DNA of 64,000 bases from a bacterium (GCA_041690355.1 JAWLHK010000004.1:186001-250000), one strand, 5' to 3'; shown: positions 1 to 10,247, counted from the first letter of the stretch. The notes: generated by a model from the letters alone, not told the origin. Translations and numbers: made by a program.

Positions 1-209
1 TCTGCGTTACGCACCTGCCCCAGATTGCCGTGTACGCACATGCGCACTACATCGTACGCAAGCGGGTCGCGGGCGAGCGCACGGTATCTGAAATCGCTTC
101 TCCCGCGGCCGACGAACGGCTCGCCGAACTCGGCCGCATGCTCGGCGGCCGTGACGACGATGCCTCGCGCAACCATGCGCGGGCAATGCTCGAAAGGGCC
201 GCCGGATGA
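1..209 (+). CDS. recN: DNA repair protein RecN, 3' end (partial, runs off window start)
   Basis: Frame from nt 3 reads CVTHLPQIAVYAHAHYIVRK...ERLAELGRMLGG...HARAMLERAAG*, the RecN C-terminal motif (H-loop THLPQIA, ExxRMLGG). Stop TGA 207-209 overlaps next ATG (ATGA). Not in the ORF track. Confidence 0.9.
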   Translation, partial: CVTHLPQIAVYAHAHYIVRKRVAGERTVSEIASPAADERLAELGRMLGGRDDDASRNHARAMLERAAG

Positions 210-682
210 AACCGCTGCACGCCATCCCGGGAACAATCCGGCGGGCGCGCATGCCCGACGCGCGCTTGATTCACGACATCATCGAGCCGCACGCCAAATC
301 GGGGGCCATGCTCGCCCGGCCACTGGGCGACATCTACGAGAATCTCCGCGACTTTCTCGTTTTCGATGCCGGCAAGCAGGTGCTCGGCGTCGTGGCGCTT
401 CACTTTGCGTGGAGCAACCTGGCCGAATTGCGCAGCCTGGCCGTGCTCGACAAGTACGCGGGACAGGGGGTGGGCGGCCGCCTGATCGAGGCCTGCCTTG
501 AAGAGGCGCGCGCCTACGACATCGCCCAGGTGTTCACGCTTACCTACAAGCCGGACCTTTTCCGCCGCTTCGGGTTTCGGGAGGTCAACAAAGAGATTTT
601 CCCGCAGAAAATCTGGAAAGACTGCATGAAGTGCCCGTTCCAGCATGATTGCCGCGAAATCGCCATGCTGGTCGAGGTCTGA
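206..682 (+). CDS. GNAT N-acetyltransferase, short ArgA-like amino-acid N-acetyltransferase
   Basis: MLARPLGDIYENLRDF, LAELRSLAV, GQGVGGRLI acetyl-CoA motif, FTLTY, KIWKDCMKCP...C.EIAM C-terminus typical of short ArgA-type NAGS. Confidence 0.85.
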   Translation: MKPLHAIPGTIRRARMPDARLIHDIIEPHAKSGAMLARPLGDIYENLRDFLVFDAGKQVLGVVALHFAWSNLAELRSLAVLDKYAGQGVGGRLIEACLEEARAYDIAQVFTLTYKPDLFRRFGFREVNKEIFPQKIWKDCMKCPFQHDCREIAMLVEV

Positions 683-692
683 GAGGTGTCCC

Positions 693-2021
693 GTGGATGA
701 GTCACGACTGAACGAATGGACGCGCAGGCTCGAGCGTCTGAACGAAGAGTGGGAGCTCTACGCGGTCGATTCGCAGAGCACCGGCATTGAGGTGCGCCAG
801 AGCGAGGTCGACGCCTTCAAGACGAGCCGCAACCAGGGGATCGCTCTGCGCGTACGGCGCGAAGGGCGCATCGGATTCTCGTTTTCGACGAGCCTCGAGC
901 CCGAGGCCTTTGAGCGCATGATCGAGCAGGCGCGCGCCGCCGCCCAGGCCATGCCCGCCAATCCGCACGCACGTTTCTCGACCGACGACACGGCGGCACC
1001 CCGGCTCGACCTGGTCGACCCGGCGGGACCCCGGTCGACCGAGGAGAAGATCGATGCGGCGCGCAGGATCGAGGCTGCCGCTCTGGCGGCCGACCCCCGG
1101 GTGCGCCGGGTACGCAAGGCCAGTTATGCAGAAAGCGACGGCGGCGAATGGCTGATCAACTCGCACGGCATCCGGCGGCATGCCCGCGGCACGTTCTTTT
1201 CGGCCTCGGTACTTGCCATCGCCGAAGCCGACGGTGAAAGCGAATCGGGGGGTGAGTTTCTCTTCGGGCGCTCTTGGGACGCACTTGATTTCGAGTGGAT
1301 CGGAAGAGAGGCGGCCCGGCGCGCGGCGGCCGGCCTCGGGGGCAAACCCATGGGCACGGGCACCCGGCCGGTCGTGCTCGAAAATCGAGTGGTCGCCGAT
1401 CTGCTCGGCGTGTTATCCTCTTCCTTTCTCGGCGAATCCGTCCAGCGTAACCGTTCGCTGCTCGCCGGAAAACTGGGCGAGCCGATCATGGCTCCGTTCG
1501 TGAACCTGGTCGACGACGGCCTCGATGTACGCGGGTCGGGCGCGTTTCCCTTCGACGGCGAAGGCACCCCCCACCGTACGACGGTCCTGGTCAACGGCGG
1601 CGTTCTTCAGACCTATCTGTACGATCTGGAGACCGGAGCCATCGACCGCGCCGAATCGACCGGCAACTCGTCGCGCGGCGGCTTCAGAGCCCCGCCCGGA
1701 CCGGGAACGACGAACCTGCGCCTGGAGCAAGGTGACGGAGAGCTCGAGGATCTTTGCCGTGCGGCCGGTGACGGGTTGCTCATCACCGATCTGCTCGGCC
1801 TGCACACGGCCAACCCGATCAGCGGAGATTTCTCCCTGGGCGCCGTGGGTTTTGAAATCACCGGCGGCCGGATCGGCAGGCCGGTGCGGGGCGTGGCCGT
1901 TGCCGACAATGTGCTCGGCCTGTTCCGCAAAGCGACGCGCATCGGCGGGGATTTCCGCTATTTTGGTTCGCTGGGGGCAGCGAGCCTGCTGGTGCCCGAC
2001 GTGAGCATCAGTGGAGGTTGA
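693..2021 (+). CDS. pmbA: TldE/PmbA family protein
   Basis: GIALRV...GRIGFSFST, FDGEGTP, STGN, GLHTANPISGDFSLG motifs; lacks the TldD HExxGH. GTG start at 693 preceded by GAGGTG. Confidence 0.88.
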   Translation: MDESRLNEWTRRLERLNEEWELYAVDSQSTGIEVRQSEVDAFKTSRNQGIALRVRREGRIGFSFSTSLEPEAFERMIEQARAAAQAMPANPHARFSTDDTAAPRLDLVDPAGPRSTEEKIDAARRIEAAALAADPRVRRVRKASYAESDGGEWLINSHGIRRHARGTFFSASVLAIAEADGESESGGEFLFGRSWDALDFEWIGREAARRAAAGLGGKPMGTGTRPVVLENRVVADLLGVLSSSFLGESVQRNRSLLAGKLGEPIMAPFVNLVDDGLDVRGSGAFPFDGEGTPHRTTVLVNGGVLQTYLYDLETGAIDRAESTGNSSRGGFRAPPGPGTTNLRLEQGDGELEDLCRAAGDGLLITDLLGLHTANPISGDFSLGAVGFEITGGRIGRPVRGVAVADNVLGLFRKATRIGGDFRYFGSLGAASLLVPDVSISGG

Positions 2022-2744
2022 GTGCAAATCCAGGCTGCCGGTAAGACAGACCGCGGTTACGTGCGGTCAAACAACGAAGACGGGCTTCTCATGGACGGCG
2101 AACTGGGGATCTTCGCCGTGGCAGACGGCATGGGCGGTCACAAGGCGGGCGAAATCGCCAGCCGCGTCACGCTCGAGGCCCTGCGCGACACCATGGCGCG
2201 CGAAGGGCGCGAAGCCAGCCCCAACCGGACGCTCACGCGCGCGCTCCAGACCGCCGGGCTGCGTATCTTCAGCAGCACCGAACAGGACCCCGAACTGCGC
2301 GGCATGGGCACCACGCTCACGGCAATGCTCGTCTCGGGCAACCAGGCGACCCTCGTGCACGTCGGCGATTCGCGCTGCTACCGGTGGCGGGGCGGGCGCC
2401 TCGAACAGATTACCGAAGACCATTCGTGGGTCTGGGAGCAGCGCAAGGCCGGCCTCATCTCCGACGCCGACGTCTTCACCCATCCGATGCGCAACGTCAT
2501 CACGCGCAGCGTCGGCCACGGCGGCGAAAGCAACCCCGACATTCTGACCATCGACCTCGCCGCCGGCGATCTGTTCGTGCTCTGCACCGACGGCCTCTGC
2601 GGGTACGTCTCTGACGAGCGCATTGCCGGGGCCGTCGCCGCCGCCGGCGCCAACCCGCAGGCGGTCGTCGACGGACTCATCGCGATTGCCCTCGAGCAGG
2701 GGGGCGAAGACAACGTCACGGTCGTCGTCCTGCGCGTGACCTGA
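2022..2744 (+). CDS. PP2C-type (Stp1/PrpC-like) Ser/Thr protein phosphatase
   Basis: TDRGYVRSNNED, VADGMGGH, GMGTT, HVGDSRCY, DHS, RNVITR, LCTDGL, GGEDNVT motifs; GTG start after GGAGG. Confidence 0.93.
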   Translation: MQIQAAGKTDRGYVRSNNEDGLLMDGELGIFAVADGMGGHKAGEIASRVTLEALRDTMAREGREASPNRTLTRALQTAGLRIFSSTEQDPELRGMGTTLTAMLVSGNQATLVHVGDSRCYRWRGGRLEQITEDHSWVWEQRKAGLISDADVFTHPMRNVITRSVGHGGESNPDILTIDLAAGDLFVLCTDGLCGYVSDERIAGAVAAAGANPQAVVDGLIAIALEQGGEDNVTVVVLRVT

Positions 2745-2812
2745 GCGCCGCCTGCCTCGTTACCCTGTCGCAATTTCAGGGACTTGCGTGACGCGCCGCG
2801 TCGTCGCTCGGC

Positions 2813-2841
2813 TTGACACCCCTCGCTCGCTCCGCTAGCAT
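2813..2841 (+). promoter_or_regulatory. sigma70-type promoter for the M23 peptidase
   Basis: TTGACA (2813-2818), 17 nt spacer, TAGCAT (2836-2841). Confidence 0.7.
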
Positions 2842-2890
2842 ACCATGTGCTGGGGCACCGCTTTGCCTGCCGGTTACCCGTCTATTGGTT

Positions 2891-3799
2891 ATGAGCGAAA
2901 AGCGCTATACACTGCTCGTCGTCCCCGAAGTTCCCGGCCAGGTCCGCCGCGTCCAGCTGAACAGCCGTTCGCTGAAGCTCGGCCTGGGCATCGTTGCGGG
3001 CACGGCCCTGCTCTTTGTCGCCATGACCGTTCTGTCGATCGTTTCGCTTCAGCGGCTGGCCGAGCTCCATGACCTCCGTCGCGAGAACCAGGCCCAGAAA
3101 GAGCAGCTGCTGGTGTTCTCGTCCAAGCTCGACGACATCAAGCAGACGCTCGACCGCGTGGCCGAATTCGACGCCAAGCTGCGCGTCATCACGAATGCGG
3201 GAGACCGGCCGAGCCAGGGCATGATTCCGGGCACCGGCGGCCCCACGAACGACGACATCGAGAGCCTTGCCGGTTCGGCCGGCGACGCAAGCTTTCTCAT
3301 GGACAAGATCCACCGCGATCTGGCGGATCTTTCGGCGGCCGCCCGAGACGAAGAGCGCAGTATTCAGGAGCTGAGCTCCTTCTTCCAGGATCGCCGCTCG
3401 CTGCTCTCGGCCACGCCGTCCATCTGGCCGGCGCGCGGCTGGGTGACCTCGAGCTTCGGGGGACGCATCAGCCCCTTCACGGGAAATCCGTCTGATCATC
3501 ACGGCATGGACATCGCAGCCGCCATGGGCACGCCCGTCCGCTCGACCGCCGACGGCATCGTGACGTACGCCGGCGTCAAGGGCGGGTACGGCAAAGTCGT
3601 CATCGTCGACCACGGATACGGCCTGTCGACCCGCTACGGTCACCTCTCGGCGATTCACGCCAAGCCGGGGCAGCGCATCAAGCGCGGCGATCGCGTCGGC
3701 GCGGTCGGCAGCACCGGACGTTCGACCGGACCCCACCTGCACTACGAAGTGCGCGTCAACAACCTGCCGGTCAATCCCCGGCGGTACATCCTCAACTGA
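2891..3799 (+). CDS. M23 family peptidoglycan metallopeptidase with N-terminal TM and coiled coil
   Basis: TPSIWPARGWVTSSFG, HHGMD (HxxxD), GYGKVVIVDHG, STGPHLHYEV (HxH); ATG 2891 lies downstream of the promoter. Confidence 0.93.
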   Translation: MSEKRYTLLVVPEVPGQVRRVQLNSRSLKLGLGIVAGTALLFVAMTVLSIVSLQRLAELHDLRRENQAQKEQLLVFSSKLDDIKQTLDRVAEFDAKLRVITNAGDRPSQGMIPGTGGPTNDDIESLAGSAGDASFLMDKIHRDLADLSAAARDEERSIQELSSFFQDRRSLLSATPSIWPARGWVTSSFGGRISPFTGNPSDHHGMDIAAAMGTPVRSTADGIVTYAGVKGGYGKVVIVDHGYGLSTRYGHLSAIHAKPGQRIKRGDRVGAVGSTGRSTGPHLHYEVRVNNLPVNPRRYILN

Positions 3800-3984
3800 A
3801 ACCGAGGCCGGCCGCCCCCACGGCCGTCTCCGCGCCACCCCGTTCGACGCCTTCTGCAACCCGACCGGGCCTTGCCGGCGCACGTCATGCGCGTGGCATA
3901 CGGGTGACACGCGCATGGTAAGCGGGAGAAATGCGCCTTGCCGCTTTGCGAAGGCTGCCCGCGATTTGCGAGAATATGGGTCTC

Positions 3985-5574
3985 ATGCGTGAAGTCACCC
4001 GCCTCGCTCTCGCCCTGCTGCTCGTCACTGCTTTCGCCACCCGCGCGCCCGCCGCGCTCGGCGAGAGCGAACGGTACTCAATGGTGCGCCTGAGCATGGA
4101 GTACCTCGATCAGTGGGATGCCGCCGGCGCCCGCCGGACGCTCGACGCCCTGCTCAAGGAGAGCCCCGACGACACGCTCGTGCAGTACCTGCACGCGGTC
4201 GTGCTCTTTCACGAAGGGCGCTACGAGAAGGCCGTCGAGGTCATCGACGCCATGAAAGCCATGCCGATCGTGCAGGGGGCGACGGAGATGATCGACCTCA
4301 TCCGCGCGACCCGCGACGCGACCCACGGCATGAAGGAGCTCGAGACCGAGCATTTCGTGATCGCCTGGGTTCCGGGTGCCGACGACGTCATCATCCCATA
4401 CGCCGTAGAAACGCTCGAGAAGGCCTACAAGCAGATCGGCGAGGATCTGAGCTGGCTGCCGCCCGAGAAAGTACGCGTCGAGATCTATCCCGACAGCGAT
4501 CGATTCACGGCCGTAACGACGCTGACCAAGAAAGAAATCGAGACGAGCGGCACAATCGCGCTGTGCAAATTCAATCGCCTCATGGTAACCACGCCGCGCA
4601 TGCTCGTGCGCGGGTACGCCTGGCGCGATACGCTGACGCACGAGTACGTGCACTACGTGCTCAGCCGCAAGACCAACAACCGCGTGCCCCTCTGGCTCCA
4701 TGAAGGGGTCGCCAAGTTTCAGGAAGCGCGGTGGCGCAGCAACGAGGTCGCCACGCTGTCACCGGTCTCCGAAAGCCTGCTCGCCGAGGCGCTGGCCGAG
4801 GACTATTTCATCACCATCGAGCAGATGTACCCCTCGCTCGCCAAGCTCCCCTCGAAGAAGGACACCCAGCTGGCTTTCGCGCAGGTCGAAACCATGGTCG
4901 GCTTTCTCGTGCGCAAGGGCGGCTACCCGATGCTGCTCCGGCTGATCGAGGAGCTCAGCCGCGGGATCGGCGACGACATCGCCCTGCGCCGCGCCGGCGG
5001 ATGGGCCAATGTAAAGACCTTTCACCAGGAGTGGAAGGCGTACCTCAAGGAGCGCGGCCTCAAGCAGATTCCCGGTCTCACGATTCTGAAGACCGAGCTG
5101 CGCGAAGGGGGCCCCGCAGAAGGCGAAGAGGACCGGAAGGATCTCGAGGCCGTCGCCGATCGCAAAGCGAAAGAGCATCTGCGCCTCGGCAACCTGCTGC
5201 GCGATCGCAAGCGCTATCAGGCCGCGGTCGCCGAATATACGAAGGCCCGCGAACACGCCTCGGGCTTCAATCCGGTGCTCCTGCACAAACTCGGACTCGC
5301 CCAGATGCTGGCCGGCGACCTGAAGGGGGCCGAGGCATCGCTGCTCGAAGGGCTGCGCGTCTACCCGGAATTCGGACCCGTCAACCTGCGCCTCGGCGAG
5401 GTGTACGTGCGCATGCAGGATTACCGGCGTGCCGTCGGGCCGCTCGAGACCGCGTTGGGGGTCAATCCCTTCGACCCGAACGTGCACGCACTTCTTGCCG
5501 AAACCTACCGCCGGCTGGGCCAGGACGACCTGGCCGCCCGCGAAGCGACCGCGCTCAAACAGCTCGAAAGGTAA
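3985..5574 (+). CDS. Exported TPR protein with central peptidase-MA-like (HExxH...E) domain
   Basis: Signal peptide, N- and C-terminal TPR-like helices, TLTHEYVHY and PLWLHEGVA gluzincin-like motifs; start could also be 3976. Confidence 0.8.
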   Translation: MREVTRLALALLLVTAFATRAPAALGESERYSMVRLSMEYLDQWDAAGARRTLDALLKESPDDTLVQYLHAVVLFHEGRYEKAVEVIDAMKAMPIVQGATEMIDLIRATRDATHGMKELETEHFVIAWVPGADDVIIPYAVETLEKAYKQIGEDLSWLPPEKVRVEIYPDSDRFTAVTTLTKKEIETSGTIALCKFNRLMVTTPRMLVRGYAWRDTLTHEYVHYVLSRKTNNRVPLWLHEGVAKFQEARWRSNEVATLSPVSESLLAEALAEDYFITIEQMYPSLAKLPSKKDTQLAFAQVETMVGFLVRKGGYPMLLRLIEELSRGIGDDIALRRAGGWANVKTFHQEWKAYLKERGLKQIPGLTILKTELREGGPAEGEEDRKDLEAVADRKAKEHLRLGNLLRDRKRYQAAVAEYTKAREHASGFNPVLLHKLGLAQMLAGDLKGAEASLLEGLRVYPEFGPVNLRLGEVYVRMQDYRRAVGPLETALGVNPFDPNVHALLAETYRRLGQDDLAAREATALKQLER

Positions 5575-5576
5575 CC

Positions 5577-6587
5577 ATGACGTCTCAGGCTTCCATTCCC
5601 CCTTCGGCCGAAATCGCCGCCATCGAAGAGCTTGCCGCCGCGCGCGCGCGCGTCGCAACCGAAATCGGCAAGGTCATCGTCGGCCAGGAGGCGACCGTCG
5701 AGGCGCTGCTCATCAGTCTGTTTGCGCGCGGACATTCCCTGTTCGTCGGCGTTCCGGGGCTGGCCAAGACGCTGCTCGTCTCGACGCTGGCCGAGGTGCT
5801 GAACCTGCGCTTCAACCGCGTGCAGTTCACGCCCGACCTGATGCCCGGCGACATCACCGGCACCGAAATTCTCGAGGAAGACAGGACTTCGGGGCGCCGC
5901 GAGTTCCGTTTCGTGCGGGGGCCCGTCTTCACGAACATCCTGCTCGCCGACGAGATCAACCGCACGCCGCCGAAGACCCAGGCGGCCCTGCTGCAGGCCA
6001 TGCAGGAGCACCGGGTCACGGCAGCCGGCACCACGCATCCGCTCGAGGAGCCGTTTCTCGTCTTCGCCACGCAGAACCCCATCGAACAGGAGGGAACCTA
6101 TCCGCTGCCCGAAGCGCAGCTCGACCGGTTTCTCTTCGAGATCGCGGTTCCCTACCCGACCGAGGACGAAGAACTGCGTATCGTGCGCTCGACGACCGGC
6201 GGTGACCGGCCCGTGCTCGAGCGCGTGCTCGACCCGGCAGCCATTCTGCGCCTGCAGGACATCGTACGGCGCGTGCCCGTCGCCGAGCCGATTCTCGAGT
6301 ACGCCGTGCGCCTCGTGCGCGCGACGCGGCCCGGCAACGGCAACGCCCACGTCGACCGTTGGGTGAGCTGGGGCGCCGGCCCCCGCGGGAGCCAGTACCT
6401 GGTGCTCGCGGCCAAAACGCGCGCCGTCCTGCACGGCCGGTACACGCCGGACGCCGAAGACATCCGCGCCCTCGCGAAGATGACCCTCAAGCACCGCGTG
6501 ATGCCGAACTTCCGCGCCGAGGCCGAAGGCATTACGGCCACCAGCATCCTCGACCGCCTGGTCTCCGAGGTGCCCGTCGACGCATGA
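5577..6587 (+). CDS. MoxR family AAA+ ATPase
   Basis: Walker A GVPGLAKT, RVQFTPDLMPGDI, Walker B ILLADEINRTPPKTQAALLQAMQE, ATQNPIEQEGTYPLPEAQLDRF. Confidence 0.95.
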   Translation: MTSQASIPPSAEIAAIEELAAARARVATEIGKVIVGQEATVEALLISLFARGHSLFVGVPGLAKTLLVSTLAEVLNLRFNRVQFTPDLMPGDITGTEILEEDRTSGRREFRFVRGPVFTNILLADEINRTPPKTQAALLQAMQEHRVTAAGTTHPLEEPFLVFATQNPIEQEGTYPLPEAQLDRFLFEIAVPYPTEDEELRIVRSTTGGDRPVLERVLDPAAILRLQDIVRRVPVAEPILEYAVRLVRATRPGNGNAHVDRWVSWGAGPRGSQYLVLAAKTRAVLHGRYTPDAEDIRALAKMTLKHRVMPNFRAEAEGITATSILDRLVSEVPVDA

Positions 6588-7459
6588 CCACGGCGCGCAT
6601 CCTCGATCCCGATGTCCTTGCCGGCCTCGGCGGCCTGTCGGTCCGTGTCCAGACGGTCGTCGAGGGGGTGCAGGCAGGCCTGCACCGCAGCCCCTTCCGG
6701 GGGAGCAGCAGCGAATTCGCCGAGCACAAGGAGTACTCGTCGGGTGACGAACTGCGCACCATCGACTGGAAGCTGTACGGAAGAACCGATCGCTATTTCG
6801 TCAAACAGTTCCACGAAGAGACCAACCTGGCCGCGTGGATGATCGTCGATCTCTCGGCAAGCATGAACTTCGGCGGCCCGCTCACGAAATATGATTACGC
6901 CGCCGTACTCGCCGGAAGCCTTACCTACCTGCTGGCCGGCCAGGTCGACGCCGCGGGCCTGTCGCTGGCGCGGGCCGACAAGCCGGCCCTGTTTCCGGCG
7001 CGCACCGGCCCGGTGCACATGGCGCACCTCATCGACGCGCTGCAGGAGGGCGTCCCGCAGGGCGAGGCCGATCTTGCCCGCGCCACCGATATGGTGGGCG
7101 AGAAGATGCGGCGCCGCGGCCTCGTCTATCTCCTCTCCGATCTTCTCGTCGACCGTGAAGCCCTGCTCGCGGCCATCAACCGTCTGCGCAGCCGCAAGGC
7201 AGAAGTCGTCGTTCTGCACGTGCTCACGCCAGAGGAACTGACCTTTCCCTACCGCGAAGCCGCCCGCTTCGCCGATCCCGAGACCGACGCCGAGCTCCCC
7301 GCCGATCCGGAGACCGTGCGCGAGGCCTACACGCGCGCGCTGCGCGAGTTCATCGACGGCTGGCGCGACGCCTGCCTCGAACGCGGCGTGCGCTATCACC
7401 TGGTCGATACCTCGCGGCCGCCCGAGCGGGTTCTGCGCGAAGCGCTGGGGCGCGCATGA
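6584..7459 (+). CDS. DUF58 (VWA-like) protein
   Basis: GLHRSPFRGSSSEFAEHKEY..GD..R.IDWKLYGRTDRYFVKQF.EETN, DLSASM; ATGA overlap with moxR. Confidence 0.92.
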   Translation: MTTARILDPDVLAGLGGLSVRVQTVVEGVQAGLHRSPFRGSSSEFAEHKEYSSGDELRTIDWKLYGRTDRYFVKQFHEETNLAAWMIVDLSASMNFGGPLTKYDYAAVLAGSLTYLLAGQVDAAGLSLARADKPALFPARTGPVHMAHLIDALQEGVPQGEADLARATDMVGEKMRRRGLVYLLSDLLVDREALLAAINRLRSRKAEVVVLHVLTPEELTFPYREAARFADPETDAELPADPETVREAYTRALREFIDGWRDACLERGVRYHLVDTSRPPERVLREALGRA

Positions 7460-9498
7460 GCGGATTCTCGTTTCTCAATCCGCTGCTGCTCGCGGGGCTG
7501 GCGCTCGCGGCGCTGCCGGTGCTCATTCACCTCTTCGATCGCCGCCGGCTTCCGCGGCAGCCGCTGCCCACACTGCGCTTTCTGCTTCAGGTGAACGAGC
7601 AGGTGAAGCGCAGAGTGCGCCTTCGCGACGCCCTGCTCCTTCTTGCCCGCGTGCTCGTCGTAAGTCTTCTCGTGCTTCTCGTCGCGCATCCGCTGCTGCG
7701 AGCGCCCGGGGGCGTGGCGGCCGACACGGGACCGCGAAGCGTGCTCTTCGTGCTCGACGCCTCCTTCGGAATGCGCTACCGCCTCGACGGCGAGACGCTT
7801 TTCGAACTTGCCCGGCAGAGGCTCGCGGGCGAGGTCGGCCAGATGCGCCCCGGAGAAGAGGCGGCACTGCTCGTCTGCGACGATCAGTGGCGTCTGCTGA
7901 CCGATGGTTTCGAAAGCGGCGACGTCGCGCTGCGCCGCGCCGCCGAAGTCGCGCCGTCCGACACTCCGCCCCGGTGGCAGCCTTGCCTCGAAGGTGCGCT
8001 CAGCGTCATCGGCAAAGCCCGCAATCCGGTGCGGCAGATCCGCCTGCTGACCAACCTGGCCGCGGTCGGGTGGAAGGACGCTGCGCTCCCCACGGCCCCC
8101 GAAAGTACGCAGGTCGATCTCTCGGTCGTCGACGTCGCGGGACGCGAACTCCCCAACCACGCGGTCACGGGCGTGAATCTCCGGCACGGGTACGGACCGG
8201 TGGGCGAACAGTGGACGGTCACGGTAACGGCCGAGAATTTCAGCACAGAAGCCGGCTCTTCGGCGCTGCGCCTTCGCACCGAGGACGGTGCGGGGCTGGG
8301 AGAGGGGTTCGTCGACTGGAAGGGTCCGGGTGCCGCCGAAAAGGCGCTCGACATCGCGGCGCCGAAGACCGAATACGCCGCGGGCCGCGCACTGCTCGAT
8401 GCCGACCCCCTCCCCGACGACGACGAGCGGCCGTTTCAGTTCTACTTCGGCAGGCCCCTCCGGGTGCTCGTCGTCGACGGCGCTCCCGGCACGCTGGCGC
8501 GGGATTCCGAATCCTATTTCCTCGAAACCGCCCTGCGTCCCGGCCCCATTCAGAGCAGCGTAGACCCGCGCGTGCTGACGCGAAGCAACCTCACCCCTGA
8601 AGACCTGAAGGACGTCGACGTGCTCGCGTTGCTGAACGTGGCCGCGCTCCCGGCCGAGACCCTCGCCCTCATCGAGCGCTTCGTGAACGCGGGCGGGGGG
8701 CTGTTGCTCACGATGGGCGATCACGTGCGCGGTGAGGCCTATGAGCGGCTGGCCCCCCTCATGCCCGGCAGGTTTCGCACCTTGCGCGACCTGCGAGCCC
8801 CGGGTATCGAGCCGGCGACACTGAAGAGCTTTCCGCCCCGCCATCCGCTGTTTCAGAACTTGAGTCTCGGTAATCTGTCGAGCGCCGCCTTCAGCGTCTA
8901 CGTGCAACTGCAGCAGGCGGCGGCAGACGCGACCGTGCTGCTGGAGCTGAGCGACGGCTCGCCCGTGCTCGTCGAGCGCCGCCTGGGGGCGGGGCGCATT
9001 CTGTGGTTCGCGAGCACGCTCGATGCCGAGTGGAATAACCTGCCCTATCGTCCGTTCTATCTGCCGCTCATGCAGCAGATCGTGCGCTACCTGGGCGGAA
9101 CGTTGCGCGCACCGGTCGGGCGCAGTTTTCTCCCGCGCACGCCGGTTGAAATCAGTGCCGGACTCGTGGTTGAAGGCCCGGATGGTGCGCGATCGACCGT
9201 CGAAGCTGGCGGCGTGTTCGCGCGCACGGATCGGGCCGGCCGGTACAGGGTGCGCACCCGCGACGATCAGCGGCGTCCGGACCTGGACTTTCTCATCGTC
9301 AGAGACGCCGCCGCCAGTGATCTGACGCGCGTCGATCCGCAGGTCCTGCGCGAAGAGTTGGACGAGGCCGGCTACGGCGGCACCGTCATTCAAGCGGGCG
9401 GCGAAGGAGATGACGCCGTCGACCCCGTGTTGCCGCTGCTCGCGTTGCTGGGCCTCGTCATGCTCGGCGAAGCACGCCTGGCCCGGAGGCGCGCATGA
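7456..9498 (+). CDS. BatA-domain / VWA / GATase-like membrane protein
   Basis: N-terminal BatA motif FLNPLLLAGLALAALPVLIHL...LRFL...LLLLAR, VLDAS MIDAS-like, Ig-like and class-I GATase-like segment, C-terminal TM followed by RRR. Confidence 0.82.
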   Translation: MSGFSFLNPLLLAGLALAALPVLIHLFDRRRLPRQPLPTLRFLLQVNEQVKRRVRLRDALLLLARVLVVSLLVLLVAHPLLRAPGGVAADTGPRSVLFVLDASFGMRYRLDGETLFELARQRLAGEVGQMRPGEEAALLVCDDQWRLLTDGFESGDVALRRAAEVAPSDTPPRWQPCLEGALSVIGKARNPVRQIRLLTNLAAVGWKDAALPTAPESTQVDLSVVDVAGRELPNHAVTGVNLRHGYGPVGEQWTVTVTAENFSTEAGSSALRLRTEDGAGLGEGFVDWKGPGAAEKALDIAAPKTEYAAGRALLDADPLPDDDERPFQFYFGRPLRVLVVDGAPGTLARDSESYFLETALRPGPIQSSVDPRVLTRSNLTPEDLKDVDVLALLNVAALPAETLALIERFVNAGGGLLLTMGDHVRGEAYERLAPLMPGRFRTLRDLRAPGIEPATLKSFPPRHPLFQNLSLGNLSSAAFSVYVQLQQAAADATVLLELSDGSPVLVERRLGAGRILWFASTLDAEWNNLPYRPFYLPLMQQIVRYLGGTLRAPVGRSFLPRTPVEISAGLVVEGPDGARSTVEAGGVFARTDRAGRYRVRTRDDQRRPDLDFLIVRDAAASDLTRVDPQVLREELDEAGYGGTVIQAGGEGDDAVDPVLPLLALLGLVMLGEARLARRRA

Positions 9499-10247
9499 GG
9501 GCCGGATTCTCGGCGCGGCGCCTGTGGCTCCTGCTGCTTGCCCTGCCGGTTCTGCTCACGCCCGCCGAGACAGCGGCGTTCGGCGAGCGGACGCAGTTCG
9601 CCTTCGCGGTACTCGATCTGGACCCGTCGGTGCGCGAGCGTTCTGATGCGCTGCGCACGCTGAGCGCCCACGTGCGGCGGCGCACCAGCGTGCAGGCCGC
9701 CGAAGCGCCGCGGCTGATTCCGTTGACGGCCGAGGCGCTGTTTCGCAACCCGCTCGTCATCCTCCCGGTGTGCCGGCGGCTTCCCGACGTTACCGAGGCC
9801 GACGCCGCGCTTCTGCGCCGCTGGCTCGATCTGGGCGGCCTGCTCGTATTCGACAACTGCCAGGGGCGCCCCGGCGGCGAGGCCGACCGGTGGATTCGCG
9901 ATACCGTCCAGCGCATTCATCCCGGGCGCCCCCTGCAGACGCTTCCGGCCGACCACAGCCTCTACCGTTCTTTCTACCTGCTCGACCGCGCCTACGGGCG
10001 CACGGCAGAGCGATCGGATCTGGAAGGGGTGAGCGACGGAGACCGCACGGCGATTCTGGTCTATCCGAACGACATGCTCGGGGCCTTGCTGCGCGATCCG
10101 TACGGAAGCCCACTGTTCCGCATTCCCGAACGCACGCGTGAAATGACGCAGCGGCAGGGGATCAATCTGGTCATGTACGCCTTGACCCTGAACTACAAGA
10201 AGGACCAGATTCACATCCCGTTCATTCTCAAGCGGAGGCAGCGATGA
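9495..10247 (+). CDS. DUF4159 protein (exported)
   Basis: Signal peptide; LRRWLDLGGLLVFD, LPADHSLYRSFYLL, GINLVMYALTLNYKKDQIH motifs. Confidence 0.88.
   Translation: MRAGFSARRLWLLLLALPVLLTPAETAAFGERTQFAFAVLDLDPSVRERSDALRTLSAHVRRRTSVQAAEAPRLIPLTAEALFRNPLVILPVCRRLPDVTEADAALLRRWLDLGGLLVFDNCQGRPGGEADRWIRDTVQRIHPGRPLQTLPADHSLYRSFYLLDRAYGRTAERSDLEGVSDGDRTAILVYPNDMLGALLRDPYGSPLFRIPERTREMTQRQGINLVMYALTLNYKKDQIHIPFILKRRQR

Noticed and set aside
2759-2787. Imperfect palindrome GTTACCCTG-N9-CAGGGACTTGC as a dif-like or operator site
   Set aside because: Only a 5-bp perfect stem, no convincing XerD arm and no second copy seen.
2813-2890. TTG start of the M23 ORF at 2813
   Set aside because: That TTG is the -35 box TTGACA; ATG 2891 is the plausible start.
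4731-5576. Apparent N-terminal extensions of MoxR (also SDR from 31718, MFP to 60242, 47284..48480)
   Set aside because: Arg/Pro-rich off-frame readings overlapping real neighbours; downstream starts have RBS, overlap or promoter support. Unlike ArsC-MTAP they are not fusions.
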